A stretch of 37,317 nucleotides of DNA from Chiloscyllium plagiosum (GCF_004010195.1 NW_025213913.1:1-37317), one strand, 5' to 3'; counted from the first letter of the stretch, positions 23,862 through 35,848 are shown. The notes: a model not told the origin generated them from the letters alone. Numbers and translations are program-made.

Positions 23862-25142
23862 TAGGACAAAGTGAACAAGGTTTCATCAAGGGGAGGTCAT
23901 GACTGACAAATCTGCTTTAATTCTTTGAGGAAGTAACGAGCAGGTGAGACCAACCAGAGCCAATGGATATCATTTAAGTTAGCTTCAATAAAGCGTTTCA
24001 CAATGGGCCGTCCAGGAGTCTGTTGAGAATCATTAGGGTCCATCGTGTTAGATGCAAGGGCATGGATAGAAAATTAACTGTATGGCAGAAAGCTGAGAAA
24101 GAGGATGAAAGAGACTTTCTCACGATGGCAGCCAGTGACAAGTGCTGTTCCGCTCGGGTCAGTGCTGCGACCACAACTATACCATTATGTCATACATTAA
24201 TGATCTCGATCAAGTAAGTGATGGTACTCCTGCTTAGTCGGCAGAAAACACAAGATAGGCAGAGGTACAGGTAGCATTGAGGAGGTAGGCAGGCAGCAGA
24301 AGAATTTGAGTAGCTGAGGAGAATGGGCAAAATGCATTGACAGATGGAATGCAAGCTGTGAAAATGTGTCTTTTTTGTGCTTTGTTTCGAAAACAAGCAT
24401 GGACTATTTTCCAATTGAGGAAATGCAAATCTACTCGTGATTTCTAGATGAGCGTTCTCTTCATCTAAACTTGAAGGTTGAGTTGTACTCAGGAAGGAAA
24501 ATACATTGAGGGCAGTTATTTTGAGAGTAATTGAAGATAAAAACTCTCATAAACCTTTGAGGATCTATAAGGTTGTGGTCCGGCCACCTTTGGAGTATTG
24601 TGCGCAGTGTTTGGCCTTATATCTCAGGATGAATGAATTGTCCTTGCAGAGTGTTCGGATGAGTTTAATAAGAATGGTCTCAGGAATGACAGGCTTAACA
24701 TATGAGGAACATTTGAGTACTCTGAATGGATACTGGATGGAGTTTGTAAATATGAGGGTGATCAAATTGGAACAAATACTAAATGGCCTGGACACCGTAG
24801 ATTTTGGGAAGGTGTTTTGATTTGTCGGAGAGACTACCCAAAGGGCGCAGTTTTAAAATACGCGGAAGACCTTTCAGAACGGAAATAAGGAGATAGGACT
24901 TCAACCAAAAAGCGGTGATTCTATGAAAGTGATTGTTAAAAAAAGTTGTGGAGGCCACGGTAGTAAATATATATATAAGATGGAAAGAGATATCTTTTGA
25001 TTTTAATGAGGAACAAGAGTTATGGGGGAAAGCGAAAGAATAGGGTTGAGAAACTCATCAGCCATGACTGAAGTTTCGAGCAGACAGGATAGGTTGAATG
25101 CCCTAATATCTATTCCTATGCCTCACTGTCTTATGGTCTTAC
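23862..25142 (+). mobile_element. Decayed CR1 RT through 3' tail
   Basis: GFIKGRS*LTNLL*FFEEVT, IYKVVVRPPLEYCAQ, GMTGLTYEEHL, tail 'cctatg..gtcttatggtctt'. Confidence 0.9.
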
Positions 25143-26339
25143 TCCAAAAAAGGAAAGTAATTGCCCTCATCTCTAATAAACTAAGATGATTTTAAGATTA
25201 AGACAATACAAAAAAAACATTCTCGCCAGCTGTACTTTCAGTCAATTTTGAAATCAATTTTACTGAGAGCACATCCAGAGGTCTGCGTGTGAGGTTTTTC
25301 AATCTTGTCTTATTACCTGACAGACGTTGCACATCATTTATTCCTGGGATGAAGGGCTTATATCATGGAAATGTAGCAGTTTCCCCTTGGAATTACACGT
25401 GATCTTATTAAAGCATACAAGAACTTGAGCAGAGTGGATCAGATGGATCCTCGATGGGTCTTTGTACGGTCCAAAACTGTCATCATTGAGATTTGCACCT
25501 TTGTTTGAGGAAGCTTATTTCAGTCTAAATAAATCTGACTAAGTTATTCCTAAATTACGATCTGACCCAGTCTGAAGCCAATATTTTTGATCATATCAAC
25601 AATGTGTTTATATTTCCAATTTGTTGTGAACAGTAGGGGATTGGGAGCAGAAACGGAAACAGTCACTCCCTTCACACTCAAACAGAGCACAGGTGAGGTG
25701 AAATGAACAAAGTGGGAATCCATTGAAGTGGAAATGCTCTTTTCCAAATATTTATAATGACTGAATATTTAAATTATGTCGAGACTGATTTAGTTTGATT
25801 TTTCGAAAACAGGTCAATTAGTGATAATGGGGTAGGAGGAGAATAGTGCAGCTGGTATCACTATGCAATTATCTACAATTATATTTGTTGGTGGAATTTG
25901 CTGGTCAATTTCCGAAAAGACCACACGTTCTTAGTTCAATGCTCTCATGATCCATTCAGTCCATCGCACCTGCGACACAGAACCCGATCGAGTGCACTTT
26001 GATGGTTAAGTGTAGATTGGTATAATGTTCTTTAAAAATCCATCTAGGGCAATAAGTGGTTGCGTTAACCCGCCAGTGCCGCTTGGCAAGCTTCGCAACT
26101 CTGCAGCATCTGCTCCAGATATTGGTCATGCTGCAGAGTTAGGTTCGTGCTGCGTGCAGTCCCCATACCTCACCTGGAGATAACTCAACGTAACCATCTG
26201 TCTCCCTGAATGCAATATTGCACTAAATGGTTCAGAGAATAATAGTTACTTTCCAATATCAGAGCAGAATAATTAGGAACAGGAGTAGGCCACATTAAAT
26301 TGCGCTTCCTCTCCGCTGCTTAACTGCATCCATTACTCC

Positions 26340-26885
26340 CGGTGTGGTATCCTCTGCTTTGGAGCAACCAAGCACAAATTCGGAGACGAATTCAGGGAAC
26401 ATCTATTGCCTGCCCGTTCCTATCAAAACCACATCGTGGCTGCCATCCAATTCATCTCCCCTTCCCACTAGAACAATATAATATAGATCCTGGACTTGTT
26501 CCACCAGCAAAGTATGGCCACATGAAAACTGAAGGAAGAACGCCTCGTCTTTCACATCGGGATTACAGCCTTTTGAACTCAACATATTATTCACGACTTT
26601 CCAAATCTCGGCACCCGCTACCCCAGGTCCAGACCTTCCTCTTCTGACTCCTTGGCTTGACCTAAAGTGTCTTTCCCGCCTCTCCGCTTCACCATTTCCA
26701 ATGACCTCCTACCTGCATCCACTTATTAAATTTATTTGATCTTTCCACAGAACGGATCCTTTTATTTATTTCTCAGCCCTTTCCCCTCCCCCAGTCTTGA
26801 TGAATGGTTGTGCCAAATAGTCGACTCTTGTGCTCCTCTGACGCTGCTGACCTGTTGCGATTTTATAGTCTTTTATCAACCCTGA
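26340..26885 (+). mobile_element. Decayed Penelope-like element of a second lineage (GIY-YIG C-half plus terminus)
   Basis: RCGILCFGATKHKFGDEFREHL...KLKEERLVFHIG..QPFELN resembles PLE 'CGLLYIGETKR.LGDRF.EHL...EQ.LIFRLG.LQP.GLN'. The terminus at 26795-26865 is the reverse complement homolog of 35225-35313. Confidence 0.8.
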
Positions 26886-27599
26886 CCTTTAACCGTGCCC
26901 CGTTATTCCATAATAACTTGGCTATCTACTTCATGACTCAAGTCCACTTTCGTGCCAACGCCTCGCACCCCTCCACTCACCTTGCATCTCTCCACCCATA
27001 AATCCATCCAAATCACCTATACAATTTTCCAGTGGTCGAACCTCCACTGCTCAGTGAATTCCAGTCATGTACTACCTTCTGTGACAAGGTATTTCTTTAC
27101 ATTTGTGCCTTCAATGAGACTACATTGTTCTGTACCTATGTCCCCCAGGTTGAATCTCTGCCTAGATGTAGAAACACTGCTTTTTTATCTGCAATGAATA
27201 AACGCCGAACTATTGATAGGTCACCACAGGAATCTGCTTAATGAATCAATCTTCTTTCTTGCTGCACTGAGGTGCAATTTTGCTGTTTCAAACGCTTGCA
27301 CTGCACTAATTTTGGGAATCCCTCGCCATTTAAATCTACCTTTTGGTTCTTCCGGCCAAAGTTCATGACTTCACTGAACTTACGTCTATCCCCTTGCAGA
27401 CTATTTACATCTTTATTGTGACAGGCCCCCTCATCAATGTTTCAGTCATTTGCAAACTTTAGCACAACATTCCTTCAGCTACCCCTTGCAAGATATCAGC
27501 ATAGATTATATAAGTAATTGATGCTGTCTGAGTGATGTTTGTCGTCTTCTAGTTGATATATCTTTTTTATACGGATGAATTTCCATTAATTTAGACTTA

Positions 27600-27891
27600 T
27601 AGAATCCTTGCACTGTAGAAGAATGCCCAGCTATTCCACAACTAACTGAGAAGAGTATGCCAGACTCATCCCCCCTCCCCATCAAATTCCTGTAACCCAT
27701 ATATCCCATAACTAATCCAACATTCCTGCACATCATTGGACTGTGTGATAAAAACGACTTGCCCGGAGGAAACCCATGCAGGCATGGGAAGAATATGTGA
27801 ACTCCAAGCAGACAATCGCCTGAGCCTTGAATCAAACCTGGGTCACTGCGCTGTGAGGCATAGTGCTAACTAATGAGCCAGCATGCCGCCC
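27600..27891 (-). mobile_element. HE1-type tRNA-derived SINE
   Basis: Minus strand begins 'gggcggcatgctggctcattagttagcactatgcctcacagcgcagtgacccaggtttgattc'; homologous to 13517-13793. Confidence 0.9.
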
Positions 27892-28569
27892 CAGATGACT
27901 CTCCACTGTGTGTTGTTGAATCATTTCTCCATGCCAAAATATTATCCACCATTTTATGAGCTCCTGTCTTTTGTAATATCTTCTATTTCGCACTACCTTA
28001 ACGAAATCCTCTGAAAAAATAAACACAAATATAGTATCTACCTATTCCTCTTTATCATGTCTGCTTCTCAGGGAAAGCATTATTTTGCATAATTTACATG
28101 ACAAAATATGAGTTCCCTTTCACAAAACAATGGCGACTGTCAGTTGACTTGCAATGCTTTCCTTCTGAATTCATTGGAATATATCCCAAAAATAGATGCT
28201 TGGCGAACTATCATTAAGGTTCCTGAATTCTGTTTTTCTCTTCTTGACGGCAGACGTCATATCAGAGGCTTTCCAATTTTCCTGATACACTCCTGGTATC
28301 CAAGTAAGCCTGTTGGACAATAAACCAGTGTTGTAAACCCCAATACAAAACCGGCATCTTCAAATCACTCCTCAAATTGAGGGAGTTCTGGGAAATTACA
28401 GCCAATGTCGACACTCAATTTACAAAAAAGGAAGATGAAAAGTCTGTATTAGTTGCTGCGGCTGGTCTACCTTTATTCTTATGATTTTGTCTGGTCGCTT
28501 TTGTTATAGGCAGTTCAAAAAATACTCCTCCCATTACCATTTTGCTTATAAGTTGAATTACTTATATTA

Positions 28570-29940
28570 CTTTCCCATATGGCGATCACTTTTGAAATAT
28601 TTTCACAGAGGCTGGTATCCATTCGTCAATTCACTTTCTATTCGCACATGCATAGTACTTGCCTATGGTCTGGCTTTTTCAGAGACAGGTCTCAGAGTGA
28701 ACAGATGCTCTGTCACTCCTGTTTATATCCGTCAATCTGGAGTCTCTGTTTGGAACAGGTTATGAACCCCAATCGTGAACTGAGAATCTATACCGTCCAG
28801 CCGGTTGACATTGTTGCAATCATTAGATCTCGCCCTCTCTAAGTCTCCGAAACCAGACTTGTTCAATTTCTTGTAGGCTGTCCTGGGAAGGTCTGGCTCC
28901 TGCGTCACAACCTCACATACCGCCTCCTGTTCCTGGAGTATTTCAGAAATAAAGGATCCACTACATCAAGCAGTAGAGTTGTTCAATATGCCACATCCGC
29001 CATACCCAATTCAGTCTCAAGATTTCTTTAACAGTAGGTGCATGGGGGGAACCCATAGGTTGCAATAATCTTTGTGGATGCTCAGAGGGGCAGAGTATGC
29101 TTGTTTCCTGGCTCACTTGCAAGCCGACAGCTTTCATATGGTAGGAGCACCTCGGCTGCCTGAACTTTGTACATCACTGCAACGAACATTTGGTCGACCA
29201 TGCCTCTTACAAATGCAGGGTCATGTGCTCGTTCGGTAGGAAACTTCATTCCATGAAATAATCTGCTTCGCTCGCTCAGAGGAGTCGAGTTCGGCATTGG
29301 CGTTCCTGATTCTGATTCCTGTCACACAGGCAGACAACTACCCGTTCTGAGTCTTTTTTGAAAGCATTTTCGCAACGTTCCATTGATACCATGCGATCTT
29401 ACTTTGTATCAGTTTCCGATACAGGACGTTGTCGAAGCCTTTGCTGAAAAATCACATCGGCATCCTTGAATAAACTCAACCAAATTAACGAGGGATGATT
29501 ATCCTTTGATAAAGTCATACTAACTCGACCAGATCAAACCTCGCCTCTCCAAACAGCGATTGATTTGCTTCCTCCCTCTTTCCTGCAAATGTTTCCCTTA
29601 CACTGATGTGAGACTCACTGGTCTATCATTCCCAGGTCTTTCACTTCCAGTTTTCTCGGTAAAGTAGAATCAGATCATCTGTTCTTCAGTCATCTGACAC
29701 TCCCTTTGTTGCCATATTCAACTTAGAAGTTCGGATCAGGCTATTTTCTCTGCCTGGATACAACTCATCCTGACTGGGAATTTGTCGAATAAGAATCCAG
29801 AAAAAAAATCCAATACCTGCTCGCATCCTTTACCAATCTGCTCACCCTCTTCACAGTTCATGTAATCAAATTGTGTGTCTGCATTCTCTTTCACCCAAGT
29901 TAAAAAAAGTGACTAATTTTTAGTCTAATGATATTCTCTA
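28570..29940 (-). mobile_element. Highly decayed CR1 RT fragment(s); similar debris at ~27000-27480 and ~27900-28400
   Basis: Reverse strand of 29380-29700 gives FSKGFDNVLY, and NDRPVSLTSV*GKHLQ; the remainder is weakly similar to the CR1 C-terminus. Confidence 0.65.
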
Positions 29941-30065
29941 GTTTCAAGCAGAGAGCGTTGCTATATTGTCAACTATAACTGTGCGCTGGTAATTCTGTTC
30001 TTCTGGAAGGACTTGCAAACTATCTTGGGATTCTTCACCATTTTGCCGGACAATGCTCGGAAAAA

Positions 30066-30460
30066 GTCGGAACTGCAGAATCAGGAGACTGGAGTCGGAA
30101 AGTGTGGCGCTGGAAAAGCACAGCAGCTCTGTATCAGGAATGTTCAAGAATCAAGAGAGTGCTGATGAATGTCTGATCCCAAAAGGTGAACCATCCTGCT
30201 CCTCGGTTGCTGCCTGACATGCTGTGTTTTTTCATCAAGTCACGTATTGCCTGATTCGATATTGTTAGGGCTAGTAAAGCACAGCCTGTCAGGCAGATTC
30301 CGAGGAGCAGGACTGCCGACGTTTCAGGCATAAACCCTTCATCATGAATGAGTCACAGTTTTCAAGGGGTGTGAGAGTTAAATGAGAAGGGGTAGGTCTG
30401 AGAGAAGGTAGCTGGGAATGCGATAGGCACATGGAAGTGGGGATGGAAGTGTGAGGTTGG
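30066..30460. mobile_element. Three PLE terminal fragments of one family in alternating orientation (-,+,-)
   Basis: 'gtgtggcgctggaaaagcacagcag' (30101-), 'cctgctcctcggttgctgcctgacatgctgtg' (30195-), 'gtcaggcagattccgaggagcaggactgccgacgtttcaggcataaacccttcatc' (30288-). Confidence 0.8.
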
Positions 30461-30544
30461 AGAGGAGACTTTATGCCTGTCCATACTCCCATTTTAGTCA
30501 ACTCCCGCTGTGTGAATTTTTTTAAGATTCACTGTAATCAATTG

Positions 30545-32400
30545 TCACCCTTCTGATTCTCGAGAGAACACATCTGAAAATTCCTTACTACACAATCTTG
30601 CCATTTAAGGAATTAATTCAGAAAATGTCAGTTTCACACCCTCTGCGTTCATTATATGCTTCTTGGATCTGGAGACAAAAACTGAAGACAATACTCCAGT
30701 TACAGTTTCTGCAACAATCTGTGCAACTGATGCAGAATGGCTTAACTTCTCTTTTCCGATTTTCATTAAATGAAAACCATCCTTTATTTTATCTTCGCAC
30801 TTGCATATGTTCGTCCCAGTTCCCCTCACTTCAATTATATTCACAAACTCATTGCGTGTCGTCTTAATATGTACTACCGAATATCCAGTTATATAACACC
30901 CACTGCTTCTCCATTGTCGCTGTCCATCAGAAAGATATTTAACCAATTAAAGAAAAGCCAATTATATTTTCCCTTTCATATGTGCTTTGTAATTTCCTCC
31001 AATTCTGCTATTATTCGCTAAATATCCAAAACGACACTCGAAACGGTAGATTCCAAAATATGCTTTATGATAAGGTGACTGATCTGCAGTTCTCGTTCCC
31101 TATTCTACCCTGTTTAAATAATTGGATTAACATCACAACTCCGAGTTATCCTGTATGTCTACCTATCTTTGCAGAATATATGAGGAAATAACACAATGAT
31201 CACAATTGCAGTAAATATATCGACTGATTCTGTCTCCAAAATTCTGTTATGAAGTACATATGGCCCAACAATGCGCAATCCAGCTATGTTTTCAAATAGT
31301 GCCTTGTTGCTGATACGAATGTTTTTATTTGACCACTCAATTCCCATGGTCAGTTGGTATTTCTGGGAGATTTATGGATGATTTGCAATGAAGGCAGACA
31401 CCAAGAAACTTTCTACTTTCCGTGTAATTTCTCTGTTCTCAACAATAGATCATCCTTTTTCGGATATTCACCCTCTGTTTCACACTTGTCGTTGTTTTAT
31501 TGTGCTTTCAAACAGTGAAAGAAGATTTTCATGGTCCTTTATGTCTTTTCTTACCTTGCATTCAAGTTTCTTTTTCATTTCCTTGTCAGATTGTTGTTCG
31601 TCCTTTGTTTCGTCCTAGGTTTCTCTGAATCCCTTGCCTTATTACTATATGTAGTATTTTGCTGAACATTTACTTTTGATCTAATCCAATTTTTAGCTTC
31701 TTTTGTTGACCATTTCTGAGTCCGCTTTCCATTTTGCTTTTTGCATCTTTGTGGAATGTATGTACATTGCACACCTTTTACAAATAACAGACATTGCCTT
31801 CTTTCCATTAACTATTATTTCATAAACTTCTTCAATTCACTGATGCCACCTTGAGCTTGATATCGTCGTGGCGAGCATGGATCAGGATTTTAACCTTATT
31901 TTCGAACAAAAAAAAAACTGTGACCAAATGCCAGTTAATGTTCAATACATTGTAATCAATGTTCTCAGATACTCGTTTGCAGAAAGACTATTAATTATTT
32001 GTTCAGATCACGCATTACCAATGCAAAATTCTGTCAATTTTCAGCTCGGTTTTCATCATACCGTTTTAGGAAACTATTTCATATGCACTATTAAATCCAT
32101 TTTTGACAGTATTAGTACTCTTGTGCTAACGCAATTTAGTTGAAAGTTATGTCACCTATTATTGCTGCAGTGCCTACAAACATTATTATCTAATTTCCTG
32201 TTGTATAAGATGCCCAATACCTGTATTGCAGCTTTGAAACGGACATATAATTACCATTTATATTTACTTCTACTTGCTATTTCTGAGCTCCATCTTAACA
32301 GATTCTGTGGAATATGAATGATACAAGCTCGGCAAAGGTAAAAGGCAGATTTAAAAGAGATATCCAGCGTCACCTATCTTGACGTTGACATAACACACTG
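30545..32400 (-). mobile_element. Very old CR1 ORF2 fragments (32400-31030 endonuclease-linker-RT start; 31020-30545 a separate endonuclease piece)
   Basis: YIPQRCKKQNGKRTQKWSTKEAKNWIRSK (linker) and GPYVLHNRILETESVDIFTAIVII (GPDGLHPRVLKE-like); IIGD and DSFL-like endonuclease motifs. Confidence 0.65.
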
Positions 32401-32429
32401 TCTATTTTTTAGTTCTTATCAGTCATCAT

Positions 32430-33190
32430 TGTGACAAAGTTTGTGAAGGTTTGTAGCTCAGGTTGAGGTTTAGGGTGTAGGTCTGCTCGCTGAGGTGTAG
32501 GTTTTATATCCAGACGTTTCATTACCTGGCGAGGTAACATCATCAGTGGCGACCTGCAAGTGAAGAGAAGCTGTTGTCTCCTGCTTTCTATTGATATGTT
32601 TGTCCTGGGGTTCCTGGGGTTTGTGGTGATGTCATTTCCAGTTCGTTTTCTGAGGGGTTGATAGATGGTATCTAGATCTATGCATTTGTTTATGGCGTTG
32701 TGGTTGGAGTGCCAGGCCTCGAGGATTCCTCTGGAATGTCGATGCTGAGCCTGCCCCAGGATAGACGTGGGGTGTTTCTTTTCATCCGTGTGCAGGGCTA
32801 CGAGGGAGAGAGGGTCATGTTTTCTTTTTATGGCTAGCTGGTGTTCCTGTATCCCGGTGGCTAACTTTCTTCCTGTTTGTCCTACGTAGTGTTTGTGTAA
32901 CTTTCTTCCTGTTTGTCCTACGTAGTGTTTGTGGTAGTCCTTGCATGGCAGTTTGTAGACGACATTGGTTTTGTTCATGGGTTGTACTGGGTCTATTAAG
33001 TTTGAAAGTTTTTCTTTGAGAGTGTGGTTGGGTTTGTGCGCTAAGCAGATTCCGAGGGGTCTTAGTAGTCTGGCTGTCATGTCTGAAACTTATTTGATAT
33101 ATGGTAAGGTGGTTAGGATTTCTGGCTGTGTTTGTTCTGCTTGTCGTGGTTTGTTATGGAGGAATCTGCGGACTATATTTTTTAATTATC
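32430..33190 (-). mobile_element. Penelope-like element 3' portion with GIY-YIG endonuclease ORF and terminus
   Basis: TLPYIK*VSDMTARLLRPLGICLAHKP..NVVYKLPCKDYHKHYVGQTGRKL..EHQLAIKR..LEAWHS..INK.IDLD.IY. Confidence 0.93.
32510..32549 (-). ncRNA. Minimal type-I hammerhead ribozyme motif in PLE terminus (intact)
   Basis: Minus strand reads CCA-CTGATGA-T-GTTACCT-CGCC-AGGTAAT-GAAAC-GTC-TGG: full core, 7-bp stem II, CCA/TGG stem I, GUC triplet. Confidence 0.85.
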
Positions 33191-33194
33191 CGTT

Positions 33195-34750
33195 CCTCTC
33201 GAAAAAAAAAGATCAAATGGCCAACATTTGCTATCTTCCAGTCTTCTGACACTACTTCTTTAGACAATCACAGTAGAAGGATCGTCAAAGCCAAAGGCAC
33301 TGCATTCTCCTCTCTGGCTGCCCAGATAATCCTAGGATAAATCCCAACCAGTCAAGTATATTTTCAAACATTCTAGAATTGCAAAAACCGTCTCCTTGTG
33401 AACCTCAATCCCGTCGAGTCCAGTCGCCTGTATTCAGTATTCTGCTTGACAACCTTGTCTTTTCTGAGTGTGAATACTGTCGAAAAAATGTTAATTTCGC
33501 GCTTACCCATCCCCTCGTACTCAACTGACAACTTCCCAAGATGGCCCTTGATTCGATCTCATCTTAAGAAAGTCATTCTTTGATCGCTGATATATTCGTA
33601 GAAAGCCTTCGGGTTTTCCTTGATTCGTTCTGAAAACGACTGCACATGTCCCCTCGTGGCTCTTCTCAGCTCTTTCTTTGGTTCTTTCCGGCTCACTTCT
33701 AAGTCGCAAAGCACCTTCTCTTAGCCTTCCCTTCTCATTCCAACCTAAGTCTTTTCTGTCTCTTGACAAGGGATCCAACTACTTCCCCTCTCAACTACTT
33801 CCTCCCTGCCGAGCATTGCATACTTATCAAGGATACCAAGTAGTTGTTCCGATTAAGTCCCAGAATTCAATTTGTGCCGATCTCCTGCAGTTTCTGTCCC
33901 AATTGTATGCGTTCTAAATCTTGCCTTATCGGATTGTAATTGTCTTGCCCCGAACTATAACTTTTAACCTGCAGTATAACAATCACGTTACATGGCTAAA
34001 GTAAACTTAGCGATTTGTAGTTACGATCCCCAACGTCCCCTTTTTCTTCTGAGCAATAGGGACTAAGCGCCAGACACCGATACCTCATGGATTATTCCTG
34101 GTAAGTTGACCTCACAACAGTATCCCTAAAGGTATACATGTTGTTGGGTGCAACGTCCACAGGGGATCCCTGCACTAACTGCAAGTTCCCTTTCGATCAC
34201 CTGAATGTGATCCTTCCGCCTGTTTCTTTTACATGAGGTGTGATTACCTCCCTGTAATTTCTCTCAACAACCACCCTCCCTTTCCGCAATGATCCAATGT
34301 TCATCCATCTCCAGCTCCAGTTCCTTAACGCGGTTTTCAAGTTCCTGGAATTGAGTGCACTTTCCGCTGATGAAGTTAGCAAGAATTGGAGCGGGTCTCC
34401 CTTCCCCCAAAATTCTGCAGGAGAAACAATCAATTGCCATTATCTTCATTCCCACATTTCCAAATTTCTAGACATCGCAAAAAAAAAAGAATAATACAAA
34501 ATCAATTACTTTACCAAATATGTTATCTCACTTACTCAGCCGTCTCCAGCTCAGTGCGTGCTCCGCTTATTCACGAGAAAAGTTTTTACATCAGTGATTT
34601 AGCTCCCCTGCAGCTCGGTCGTCGTTGTTCACACTTTTTCTGCTACTGAAAACAAAATAGAGCGCCTGGGCTATCGAAGCAAGTTTTTAAATCAATGATT
34701 CACTTCGCCGGCAGCCCCATGGTCTTTTTTCCCGCTCCTCCTTCTGCTGA
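33195..34750 (-). mobile_element. CR1 LINE 5' portion (5' UTR, ORF1 zinc finger/coiled coil) joined by internal deletion to ORF2 endonuclease end, linker and RT start
   Basis: AIDCFSCRIL..FISGKCTQFQELENRVKELELEMDE..ERNYREVITP (CR1 ORF1 N-terminus); then NYNPIRQDL, NQGKPEGFLRIY, GIYPRII, EDWKIANV. Confidence 0.85.
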
Positions 34751-35224
34751 GTATAAAATCGCAGGAAGTCATTCATACTATCGTTTTTATAAATCGGTAA
34801 GACATGTCCGGATTAAGCCAAATTGGAGCAGCCTATTTAAAGCTTGTGCCCTTCACATGGAAATTGAAAGGAAATATAAATATTATTGAGAGGGAAGAAC
34901 TTAGGAGGATCATTTACACTGGGGAATTAAATGTAGTGTACAAACGATCAGTATTTTAAGAAAAAAATGTTTATTTCATTATCAAGGGATGCATTACGGG
35001 GCATTTGCAACGTCAAACAACAAATCATCAGATTCCGACAAACGGCGTGGATAATGGAGATCCTGGAGTTGTAAAATATCTGGATTTACAGAAGGAATTT
35101 AATAAAATGCCGGAAGAATAGACTGATACGTCAGATAAGGACACGTGGCTTTGGAAGCAATTCATTGGCTTTGTCCAGTTTTGGGGAAACAAACAATAAT
35201 GCATCGGCGGAATAGTTAAAAATA

Positions 35225-35313
35225 AAGCTGAAAATGTGTTGCTGGAAAAGTGCAGTAGCATCCAAGGAGCAGGAGAATCGACGTTTTGGGCATGAACCCT
35301 TCTTCAAGAAAAC
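35225..35313 (-). mobile_element. Short PLE-terminus-derived insertion with 12-bp target-site duplication
   Basis: 'tagttaaaaata' at 35213-35224 and 35314-35325; the insert has a decayed hammerhead TTGAAGA-AGGGTTCATGCCC-AAAAC-GTC. Confidence 0.85.
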
Positions 35314-35848
35314 TAGTTAAAAATACCCAACAATAGGTTATGGTCCAGCAAATCTATTCGGAAGTATTTGCTTTCTGAGTGCTACTCCCTCGTCAGGTGT
35401 TTGTGGGGAATTATATTGTAAGACACATAATTTATAGCAGAAGTCTGCAGTGGGATGTAACTGATATTATATATTGAAAAATACACGGATTGCAAGTTAA
35501 GTCTATCATCTTTTATAATGACCATGTTGGTTAAATCAAAAGATATTTTTATTTAATGTTAGATTCTCACGTGCACTTTAACAATTGGTGTCATGTCGGC
35601 CCAGGTAAGGTATTGATAGCGGTAACTCCTCCTAACGCTGACAATGTCATAATGATCAGACTGATTTTAATCCAGAAAATGGATTTACAGAATCTTGCAT
35701 GGATTCATTCAGTTTTTCAGCGAAGTTAAATATAATTCTGCAAGTTCTCCGAAAGCTAGTGCTTCAAAATAAACTTGTAGTGCTCTAACTAATGTGTGTT
35801 TTTTTAAAGTTTGCACAACCCAGTCCAACACCAGCGTCTCCAAATCAT
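35314..35848. mobile_element. PLE terminus of a third lineage with inverted arrangement (35314-35745 minus, 35746-35848 plus)
   Basis: Minus strand at 35362-35399 reads CAC-CTGACGA-GGGAGTAGCACTCA-GAAAG-CAA; the plus piece starts 'ctcc-GAAAG-CTA-gtg' and is its inverted homolog. Confidence 0.7.

Noticed and set aside
26165..26230. Strong minus-strand donor CAG|GTGAGG as GPCR first exon
   Set aside because: The phase-compatible frame (CNIAFRETDGYVELSP) is polar, has no start and is unlike TM1.
30598..31350. Cluster of hydrophobic ORFs suggesting a viral or second receptor gene
   Set aside because: The minus strand resolves into old CR1 endonuclease and RT-start motifs.
32455..32480. TTAGGG-like sequence suggesting telomeric repeats
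   Set aside because: A single unit within the PLE terminus; no array.
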